NCBI GenBank assembly: GCA_003614675.1
Contig: ML002278.1
Coordinates: forward strand, 1 to 48,882
Length of the DNA stretch: 48,882 nt
Reading direction: 5' to 3'
Origin: Dimargaris cristalligena
Lineage: Eukaryota
The notes below the pieces were generated by a model, which saw only the letters and a list, made by a program, of their open reading frames with translations, had not been told where the DNA came from and ran no database searches. Positions 38,316 through 48,882 of the stretch are shown here, one piece after another; the first letter of the stretch is position 1; each line of letters begins with the position of its first letter. Made by a program: the position numbers and the translations under genes.

Positions 38316-39674
38316 GATTAAAGCGATTAGAAAGCAAGATAATACAGACAGCTAATACTGCTACTAATAGTAATGATAATAATATAAAAGGCAGGGGTAC
38401 GGAGTGGGAAAATACACGCACGAAGTGAATGGAAAGACGAAGGGGGACACACTAAAAAAGGTCCAATGGAAAAGTTGGTCGGGTAAGCCGGGGCTTATAT
38501 AAAAACTTCCTATTTAGGCGAAAACAATGAACCGAAATAGAGTGCGCTGCAGCCCAGAACACGAGGAATGGGGAGGAAGTTGAACAAACCAGAGCGGAAA
38601 GGAAAAGAAAACGAAAGGGGGGTAAGGCTAAATCAGCGATGTTCAGGGGCGCAGATGGCAAATCGAGTGTTTTCACAGGAAATCGTCCAAGTGTCGGTCA
38701 CTAAAATAGCACATCAAAATAGGACAGAAAGGTGATGGGGGAGTATGGATATATATGGTGGAGTAAGGGGTTAGTCGACTGAGAATCGGTGGTAAGTGAT
38801 ACACGACGGCTATAACTGCCAGTGGATGACTGGGCCGAGTGAAGGTGGAACATGGGAGGGGGTGTGTGTATATAGGAAGGAGAAGTATGGGTGAATGGAG
38901 TGGAACGGTACCAATGAGGTAATAAAGGGGGGGGGAGGGCGGCAATTAAGGGAGGTGGGTGCCGGTTGCATAGATCAATATAAATATAGGTTTTATACGG
39001 CACAGCATCCGGTGCAAGGGAGAAAGGGAGGGAGAGGGCTTCCCCCGCAAATAAAGTGAATTATACAGCCCCGTCGAATAACAATAAAAAGCAAGGATGA
39101 TTGTTACGCTGGTGGGCGTACAGGGCGCATGAGCCAGGTGCGTATGTGGATCATAAGCACATTATGAGATTCACCGCAATCACCTCAGTTTAAATGGAAC
39201 CCGAAGGGGGAGAGAGAGGAAAGGGGAGAGGGAAATCTGGCAGTGGTTTGACAGGTAGGGGAAGGGGCGAATGGATGGAACAATAACCGAAGGGCCTGTC
39301 AAACCAGATTAGACAGCTGGCCAAAGGGGAAACGGCACGCGGGCCGGGGCATTAAAAACGGGTACAAAAAGGCTTACTTTCATACACATACACATACGCG
39401 TACATAAACAAAAATACTCGCCCAGCTGTACTGGTAAATTTTATACCAGGAGGTACAGTATCCCAGTGTGATGAAGAGAGAGAAATTCACGTAAAAATTA
39501 AGCAACACCTATTAAAGAGAGAGGGGGATGGGGAAAGCGATGATGCTAATAGCGTGGGGGGGGGTGAGGCTTACCTTTATATTGGCTGATTCTGCGGTTT
39601 GACTGGTGTGGTTGGAGTGTGGAATCGGGTGAGATGTTGGCGGAAGTGAAGGCGCGGTATTAAGCGGAGTATCA

Positions 39675-39682
39675 AACCGGTT
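39675..39682. promoter_or_regulatory. Grainyhead consensus AACCGGTT about 1.36 kb upstream of the MFS start codon
   Basis: Read directly from the sequence. Function is inferred. Confidence 0.25.
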
Positions 39683-42600
39683 AATTCGGGACTTCTAATG
39701 TGATCGGCGATTGGCAGGAGTGTACCTTTGAGGCACAGCGGATATGGAAGTTGAGGTGAGGAGATGGCCAGAGGATGAGCTACCTCGTCAATAATAATGA
39801 AAAGGAGAGTGAAGGGGAGAGAAGAAAAGTAGCGATGACGGAAGTGGTGCGTGCAGCTTAAACCCGCGTTAGCAACGAAGTTGAAATTGGAGAAGATCAG
39901 GAAGGGGTAAATCAATAGTCAGCTATTGTACTTCGGTACGATAGAACCCGGGTGGGAAACGGCTAAATCGGAGCAAACAGGGAGCGACGGGCGAGTTATT
40001 AAAGCGCGACTAAACTATCGAAAGTATAGTCACAATGGTTGGTTTAAAAATAGAATGCGCAACAGCTGTAATATCCGAATAGTGGGGTGGGAAGAGGAAG
40101 TAAGGAAGGAAGCAGTAGCTGGTGAATAAAGTCGCACCCGAGTGGTTGGGCGGCAAAAACCGCGCGCGCAGTTCAAGGGAGATGGGAAACCACCGAAGGT
40201 AAGGAAAGTGTTGGTCGATCACCCGTTCAATGGCCGGCGAAGGTCGGGCCGGGGGTCGGAACGAGACAATGGAGGAAAGGGGAAGGGGTCAGCGCAATCG
40301 AACAGTAGAACAAAGCGCGATGACGGGGCACTCTTACACCAAGAGGGAGGTAGGTGAAAAGAGCGAACCAATGCAGAACGACCTCCTTGCCGATGTGCAG
40401 GGGGGCGAGGGAGCGCGATGGAAGAGGAGGGTTGGTGGATGGGGGCGGGCAGAGCTTTGTCCGAGGATAGGAATGGGTAATGGATTGACTGGAGAGAGGG
40501 CGGAGAGCCCGGACCTTTTATAGGCGACTTGACCAACCCTGAGTGGAGTGAGCGGCACCGAGTCCGACTGTATAGCCTCGAGCTACGTCGATAGAGCCGG
40601 GAGAGGGCCGTATTGCCGCTTCCTTTCCCCCCCTAATCTATACCTTATTTCCTTTTTCTAGTTCCCTGGATAACCAGCAGCAGTGGGAATCCTCCTAAAC
40701 AAGGTAGGGAGGATGTGCTGCTACCAAGCCCAGTGAATCTCCAGTGATTAGAGCACTGTGAGCCTCTCTCACTTGACGCCTGTACCGATCTTAACGACTC
40801 AATCTATTACTACTTTTCATTAGACGCTGGTGTATTGTTTTCCAGTAATAGACCAATTGCGACTCTCTCGCCTTTTCCCCAGCGAAGCGATGTGACCAGT
40901 AGACTCTTGTTGACTACACTTGGTGTGGGCGACTACTGTGCTAACTCTGGATAGAGAAGGGGTCTTGGGTGGGTCGCAAGCCCCAACTAGCCTGGTCATA
41001 TGACCAACTCAAGTGTGCCAATGGCCGGGTAGAGATGACTAGGGCAACATACCACTCATGAACGAAGGGAATGCGAGGTATGATGGGGATTGGCCACTTG
41101 CGGTTGGCCCTATTTACAATCCCAGCCCCGGCAGTCGACCAAGGCGCCCCCGTATTCTATGAGAGAATCGCCCCAGGCAGCCGTACCAAAGAGCACGTTG
41201 TCAAGGGATTCGCTACCCAATCAATCCCAAGCGGAGACTCCGAATCCAAGTCACGCGCTTTAGAAAAGATAACCAGTCGCTGGTGAGTATGGTTCGAAGT
41301 GATTTGGTCCGGGCTTTTATTCGCCGCCGAAGTTGACGGGCTGAACCAACGGGATGCCGCCTGAACGGTACAGACGGATGCCAAAAAGGAAATCCCCCTA
41401 TATACCCACCACTGATACCTGTCCTGCCTCAACCCTTCGACCATTTGTTTTTTTCTCAGCCGTGGCAGAGATCAATTCCTCACTCGATACTTTTACCAAC
41501 TGCTGGGCACATGGGCAATCCCATGGGGCCTCCACCCCAACCGTCCACTTAGGCCCCCACCTTATATGGCATCACTTACCTATTACCTGGCCGCAGGTCT
41601 ACCTTACTGGCTCGCTAAATGAAGCATTCCCATCTTTGGGATACGGCAGTGCACCAATCTTTCGAATTCATTGGATTAGAGGTTGGCGGGTGCACTAATC
41701 AATGGAAGCCGGGCGAGAGTGTGACCACTGGTCCGTTTGACTGCACCAACGAATAGGCTTCGAACGGACTGCTTTTTATTTTTATTACTATATTTTTCGA
41801 ATCCAGGCCCGTTCAATCAATAACCCCCTCCCCCTTCCTCTCTACCCTAATCAATGGCGAGAAAAGAGACGACAGAATCCGCCAATTAAGAAAGTCGAGG
41901 CAATGGACTCGCTCGGTTATCAAGAATTGGCCACTGTTACTTGTTCGGTGGTCACGGTCCAAGGGGTCGCTTCCTATACTGTAATAGGCTCGGCTACAGT
42001 ATCCTTGTATTTTTTTTTAAAAAAAATACACAAACGGGCCATTTCCCTCCCCGGCGACGATTCAGTAATGGGGGGGGGGACGTTGCTGGCTATGTATCCC
42101 GGTCGGATGACTCACAATAAAAGCGGCTTCGAGCACTGAAAAGAAACGTAAACGAAAATCAATGGGTGGATAGGGGTGAATGGTAATACTGACTGGTCTA
42201 AGAGTCGACAGTATCGCCAGGCGCCTGCTGCCCCCACGGTATAGAATGGGTTGGTGGGCATTGGATAGCTAGCTGCCTTTCAGGTATTCGGCGTTTCCCA
42301 GTCAACACCAACCTGGCGGCGGATGCGGCAATGTGCCGGGCAATGCGGTATGGGGTGTGCAGCAATTCTTCCCGTTTGAATGCAGGGAAAGACGCTTGCC
42401 ACGCGGCAATTTAACTAGTTTTCAACAGGCCCATTTCCCCAACCTCCCTGACTTTGATGTATAATCTTAAGTGAGGCGCAATCCCATTGTAATCATTTCT
42501 TCCGTTAGTGAGGCTCCGCCTCCCTAGATGATCGGATATAACATCGTATAGCCCTGGCCTACCTATATTTTGTGAAGGACTCACAAGCCTCCTTCCCCGT

Positions 42601-45600
42601 TCCATTTCGCCCGAGTCAAGGGGAAGAGGGGGCCTAGTCCCGGGATGTAATACGGTAGGTTATCCTCGGGCACGGCTTTGACCTTGACCCATTCATTACA
42701 TGGTTCCATTCAATACTAACCACATTGCTATTGGACTGATTAAAGAGTCGCCATGAATGGGTGTGTGCTGGGTTGATTCCGGCACCACCGGTTCCTACCC
42801 CTTCTATTCATTTCTCTAATCGCCCCTGGTCGATACACCATGACCTAATCGAGCCAATTCTGACAGCCCCTTATTCCTGTTACAGGCTGAGCGAGGCGTG
42901 CAGTGAATGGCTTCATAGCTTGGAATCACCCCGTCCGAGGGGATTCACTCCAACACGCCGCAGGAACCATTTGGTCAGCTGGTACCGACCCTTATCTATT
43001 TTATTTTATTGTGATATTAAGAGCCTTCAGCTCGGACAACAATGGGAAGGTCAAGTGATTGGCACGGACACGACTTTCGCCACAAACGGGGCAATAGCCC
43101 ACTTGGTCCAACTTGGACTATGGGCTTGGCAGGGGGGGGGCATTAGTTCTAAATCAATCTTCTTGTCGCTATATGGGGAAGCCCATATTATACTCTCTCT
43201 AGGCCTGTCCGGCTAAACTAATTTCCCCCGTATGCATATTTCTATATTGGCGGCACCATAACCAGCGGCAATCGTCGAAATGATAGTCAAGTGAGTATAG
43301 TATGCCTTCGATCTAGGCGGCTGTAAAAAGGAAAATGACGAGCATTAATGCAATTATGACATGCGATTAACCTGTCAGTGAGGAACACAGAGAGGCGCAC
43401 CTAGCCATAATATCGGTCAAAGACAGGTTAAAGTAAATAGCAGTTAAGGGGTGAAAAAGACCTGCTTCAGGTTGTTATATTATTTTTTTCATTCTAGCGC
43501 CTATTTCGGCACGCGACTTGAGGCGAATGTTGGCGATCTCCTATCTATCCCTAGCCAAGAAAATCCCGTCATTGAAGATCGCACATAGTCGCCGCCCCCC
43601 TCTCACTCTCTATCTTAAAATCCGCCGCTGTCCAACGCTCAATGAGTACAGACGAAATGGCGGTGAAGTGGGGATACATAAGGGAAAATATACAATATCA
43701 ACCAAGACCAGGATAGGGAAGGCCCATTCGGTGTTGAGGGCTAGAGCCCATGGTCGGAGGAATTTGAGCTCCACAGGGCGATCTCGCCAGGGAACCTATT
43801 TTCCCTTTCTCCATGGCGACTTACATATATCGCTGACCTTATGTCCAGTCTAACTTGGGTGTTAGGAATCAGTGTTACTTCATATTCATAACTCGTCTTT
43901 CGTTATTTTTTTTTGCAATACATTCCTGGATTCTACTTGTACCCTGCATTCTTTAATGACAATCCCATGCACACCGGAGGATGTCTGCTTAACGCCGGTC
44001 CAAAAGCCCCACGGTCCACGGCAAATAGACAGTGGTATTAACTTGAAGTAGAGCGGGATACCCCAAAAAGGCTGGTTGAATCTTATCCCTGACTTCGTTT
44101 TGGGATGCTTAATTTCCTGTGGCACATTCTTACTACCCTTCTTTTACATTACATTTCTTTTTTGAACAAGAGGGAGCGTGTGCAGTGTTTCGATAAGGCC
44201 AGCGAAATATGTTTCAGGCCATTTTAACCAATAGTACTCACTGTGGTTTAAATGTTGGTATTCCTAAATAGGCAGGACTGATCCTTAGAGGGGTCATGCG
44301 CCCTTACCGAAGTGCCAGAATTCTTTTCCCACATCCTTTCATCTCTACACAGCTCCTAGACTTGGGATTGGTGGCGTTGGGGGTCTGTGTATGCGAGGGG
44401 GCGATCTACCATTGAGAATATGGAGACCAAACGTACCGACTAGGCATTAACTTAGATAAGCGTCGGTGAGAAAAAAGTCAGAGGAAATCCCAAAGATTGG
44501 GTAGACAATAGAAGGAGGAGGAGGGGGGACCGCAATCTTCACGGCTGATGGAAAATTGGCCCAATTACATCCTTAGGACTGGACTTCTTCCATCATTTGG
44601 TTAACTCGCGCCGTTTAATACTGGTAAGGAAGGGATGGTCCATCCAGTATCTAGGTCACTAAACTACCGAAATGGGTTGGGTAATGGGTAATGTCAGCCT
44701 TAATATAGTCACAACCAAATGGTAGGGACATCCACTGGTTAGTTATTACCATCCCTCTAGGGGTGGCTGGCCATCAGCTATGGAGTGGATCTAAACGGTG
44801 ACCGTGGCCAACTGATATATTATAATTATGACCTGGCCATTTTCACTAATTCTTCCACGACCTATTAGAGCCGTTTTCCAATAATTGTGTGCATTATTTG
44901 ACCACCCTATATGAGATTAATACACCTAATAGTGAAATACTGAAATGAGCCTGCCCCCCCTCCTTTAAGACATGGCAATTAATGGATACACCATCAGCCA
45001 GACAAGGATTCTCCATATGTGAAAATGGCTGGCTATGTCTGTAGATTGAATTAAAAACCAGTACTGTATCGGCGGTCCAACGGGGAGTCTGGCCATTTAT
45101 GGTAAGCCAGTCAATGATAGCCCATAGTATATCAAGGGTGTGGGTTGTTACTTGTACCGTTGTAGTCATAAGCAATATATACTGGTTGGAGATAGAATCA
45201 CCATCTCCTTAACTAGGATCGTTAGCAATACCCACATGGCCCGTGTACACAAAGTCGTACCAGATTATTCTTGGCATCAGACCTTTTCAAAGCATCCCCT
45301 CCTCCTCCTTCACTTTCCGTTTCCCCCCCTACTCGCTCGGTATGCCAACTGCTCATTGGAGATTTGGATTGAACCGGCCCATCACTTTCTCATTCTACTC
45401 TAATTTGCGGTCACTGCGAACCAATAGCACTATTAAATAACACACACACACGCACGAAGTAGCGGCCAATAGCTTCACGAAGCCGATGTATTGGTCATTT
45501 TAGGCCGGTCATTCGGTACGTAATATCGCTCGAGTCACCTTCGTTAATATAATAGAGGCACATAGTCCTAGGCATTGCCACCAGTATGGTCCATTATCCA

Positions 45601-47070
45601 TGGGTATATGGTCCAAATCGCGTTATATCCATATATGGGTAGCCCCAATAATAGAGGTTTATAAATCTCTGACTTCCCGTGCCCAAATATAATCGCAGGC
45701 AGGAAGCGTTAGTAGCCGGTCGCTTCAGGATGGAGGGAGAGGGGTCCAACCCCCCCCCCCACTTTTCCCAGAGCCGTTGTTTGAGCCTCCCTGGCGAACC
45801 ACAGGTAGTCGGTGGGTTGCTATTCTTTTCCCAGGACGAAATGATCTCCGTCTATAGATAACGCAATTATAGGATTGCTTCGCTTTATTACTACATACAC
45901 TAATGTAGTCGCATGGAGTCTTTAAAAAAAATATAAGTCTCAAATACCCACATGCCCACCGGTTAGGTCATAATGATACAACTAGGGAAAGTACTACCTA
46001 CCTTTCCTTGGCCAATGCCAAACACCCGTACATTCTCGTGGGCACTACTGTATTACTTATGAAGCCGGTCAGTCATTAAGCGTTTAAGCATTCTTTCCGA
46101 TTATGTTCGAGCTTACTGCTGGACAAACTAGTTTCTCGCAAAAGGTAGGGGTTTCTCTTTTATCATACGTTTTTAAAATCCACCAAATGTAGGGCTCAAT
46201 ACATTCGGTTTTACACCCGGAAATCACGACTGGGAGATATGCACTGAAAAACACTTGCCGTTGCCGATGTCGATTAATTAAACGAATTTCAATGTACAAT
46301 ACGCCTGCAAATTGGCTAGAACGGAGGGAGCTGCTCATCTCGAGAATTCAATAGAGTTAGGCTAAGTTTTCTAGTAATTGGTTGGTTTGGGGCTAGTCTG
46401 AGTATTTTCTTTTTTGATTCTGGCAAAGTAATCGAGTGAAACTCAACAGGAGGCGGTGAGAATCCCACCTAGAATGCTACCACCAACCTCATGGTCTGTT
46501 AGTGACCGCTAAAGCGGAAGGACGCAGCCTTACTACCTACGTCCTGACCCCCCCCCTATATAAAGGGCTGGCCCTAATTCCACCTATATTCTACTACTTG
46601 TGAGCAGCAGGGTTTGAAAGGATATATGTGTCGGAGGTACATCATCGAAAAAGTGCGTAGATATGCCATATTTCTAGGTATGTGTTGACTTCAGTGTAAG
46701 TGAGAGTGTTTTCAGTTATGGTTGGCATAGTCCGTAACTTAGTAAGTGAGTGATACCTATTTTTAGGGCAGTTATCAGACACCTCTAAATGAGTGAAATC
46801 CACAAAGTGCTTTCATACTGGTCAAAACTAACAAAAGGCGGTTGCAGCAGATAGAGGTATATTGATAGCTATAATTCAACCTCGGTTTAGTGGGTGAATC
46901 AGATTAAGCACAGTGAGAAAGCAGATCTTGACAGTCAATTATTGTACATCTGCTCTCCAGTGGCGTAAATGCATCATGTATGTGTAGTATACACCAGTGG
47001 GGATTTTAATCACCCATCATATGCTTGGATTTGTCGAGGATACCCCCACTCAGTCGGCAAAATAGTCGTT

Positions 47071-47097
47071 GCCAATGCGGCCAATGCGGCCAATGCA
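47071..47097. repeat. 9-bp tandem repeat (GCCAATGCG) x3, each unit containing CCAAT
   Basis: GCCAATGCG GCCAATGCG GCCAATGCA. Confidence 0.85.
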
Positions 47098-48553
47098 GGT
47101 CCGCGGATATCACCCAATTCTGACGGCATTGCCGAAGAGTCCAGCGCTAAGTCCAGATTGCTGGAGTGGGATAGATTAACCTCGGTGTGGTGGCTGATGA
47201 GGCGGAATAGTAAATCCACTGGAGGACATCAACTCTACATGGGTGAGATAACCATCAAATACACGGGCCATTTTATTATTCACTGCTCTTCTAAATTAGG
47301 TGAGTGAATCGACGCCAAAACATATCTGCCCTTTTAGATTTTCATTGCATTGGATTAAATTGGTCATAATCGACTCAAATAATTGCTCAAGATCTCCGGG
47401 GAATAAGTACTAATCCATCATGCACCATCCCAATTAAGTTAGATACTCCACAAGGTTATGAACATCCGAACAGTTAAGATGCGACTCTACACACTGACTA
47501 TCTTGGTATCGCCAGAGTGGGGTGAGTTTCTGACAATCTTTGGCGAGGTGGTAGTGGGGTGCCTAGGATGGAGAACAGCCATATTTCTTCGACAAAGGTT
47601 GGGTAATGGCCATTTGCATCCGTTTTCTGGGAGAGAGTGCAGGTAGATAGTTAACATAAACTAACTAACCTGACATCAATTGTGACTGGAGACAGTATAG
47701 CAGTAATCTGGATGCAAAACATCACCCCTAGAGGTTTCATGTGGAATGTATAATTTCGGGGGTTGAGCCATGAATATTTCGATTATAGGATATGGCCATG
47801 GTCCCAAGGTCTGAATAGTACGAATAAGGCATTTTATCCGATATACTAGGATCCTGAATATACAAATCCTCTAGGACAATCACTCGAGCAACAGTAACTA
47901 GAGATTTGCTACCAATATACAATAGGTATTTGGCTAAAATATGTCTTACTAGAAAGAGCTGAATGGAGCATACCAAAAGTCGCCACTTGGACCATCTTTC
48001 ATTTCATCTGAACCCCAATCCTTATTAATTTACGAGGAACAATTCCACCCATCCTATATTACTACCATTATTATCTGACGACCCATGGGTCCCTCAGTGC
48101 CAAACGAATTCCCCTGATTATCACCTAAGTAAATATGTATTTATCCGAATATTAAATGGTGTAGTTGTTGGAAATATAAGTACGATGGTAAACGCAAATG
48201 CCTTTGGATACAACTAAAATGTTTTAAATAGGAGAGAAAGAACCGCGAGGGGCAAAGCTAGATGCCTGTGGTTGGTTTTATTGAGGTGGATAATAACAGT
48301 AATAAAGATTAGGATGAAGTCCCAGGTATAGAATAATATAGTAAAGGCTAGAATATAGTCCCAAGTATAGGATGAGCCAATCATAGAGGTAGACTTGGTG
48401 GGAAGGGGGAAATGAATTTCCAACAGTAGTATTGATGAGATTTCAACTACACTCTCAAAGACTGCCCTTTTCCGGTTGAATTACAACCCTTGATGATCAT
48501 TTTCTTTCCCCTGTCTGATCAACCATAACACCTCCCTAATCTAACAAACAAAC

Positions 48554-48821
48554 TGTCACCCAGGTTTACCACTCTTAGTCCTTCAAGAGTCCCAAGGATA
48601 GGCTTTTAATGGTAGGCAGGGCTTTAGACTTAGCCAAGTGGGCTACTAGCATTAGGAACAGGGCATAGTACTAACCAATAAAGGCCTAGGTGATTAGTTA
48701 TGTAAGGGATGTGCAGCAGGCACACTTACAGGTCAGTATAAGGGGGTGAGTATATATGAAGTTTATTGGAGTAAACTAGGGGGTAAGAAATAAGCTAAGG
48801 TATCTAACTGGTCCTAAGGGG
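48554..48821 (-). mobile_element. LTR family A copy 3 (3' portion, reverse orientation)
   Basis: The reverse complement matches copy 2 over 268 bp with 14 substitutions and no indels once the nested insert is removed (manual alignment). It begins TGTCACC on the + strand. Confidence 0.92.
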
Positions 48822-48882
48822 TGTAAAGAACTGAAATCAAATCCTTGAAAACTGAACTTTATTTGAAAAGATAGATAATAAA
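48822..48882. mobile_element. Probable start of another LTR element inserted into LTR copy 3 (truncated by the window end)
   Basis: Homology to family A stops abruptly at 48821, and the next bases are TGTAAAGAAC..., a TG start followed by A-rich sequence. Confidence 0.45.

Noticed and set aside
44560-45250. CpG-poor block with ORF 44894-45175, possible TE relic
   Set aside because: No terminal repeats, second copy or recognisable protein motif was found.
48310-48375. Short imperfect duplication (TCCCAGGTATAG / TCCCAAGTATAG) within ORF 48214-48423
   Set aside because: Only two short units, no array structure, and the ORF has no other support.
1-48882. CRISPR array, rRNA or prokaryotic operon
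   Set aside because: No regularly spaced repeats or rRNA-like sequence were seen. Spliceosomal introns and LTR retrotransposons show the DNA is eukaryotic.

Overview
Eukaryotic, intron-rich fungal DNA with GT-AG introns and CTAAC/CTGAC-type branch points. The gene content suggests an early-diverging fungus such as Zoopagomycota; that taxonomy is inference only. Six protein-coding genes can be reconstructed by hand: a Grainyhead/CP2-family transcription factor (+, ~7148-9775); mitochondrial pyruvate carrier subunit MPC2 (-, 12686-13448); a signal-peptide plus F-box-like protein (-, 14308-15811); an 8-exon protein with signal peptide, ectodomain and seven TM helices (-, 17554-20694); a PAS-like plus GATA zinc-finger transcription factor with a C8 homopolymer frameshift (+, 31624-35568); and an intronless OFA-family MFS transporter (-, 36612-38315). 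Three copies of one Ty3/gypsy LTR family are present: 1136-1699 behind a decayed integrase, 11234-12103, and 48554-48821. They are CpG-depleted and differ almost only by C>T/G>A changes. One copy carries a nested 279-bp TG...CA element with an ATAC target-site duplication. The best novelty candidates are the apparently secreted F-box protein (possible effector hijacking a host SCF ligase), the neighbouring orphan 7TM receptor, perfect Grainyhead sites (AACCGGTT) upstream of three genes including the Grainyhead gene itself, and RIP-like or methylation-driven repeat hypermutation. No rRNA, intact tRNA or CRISPR array was seen.
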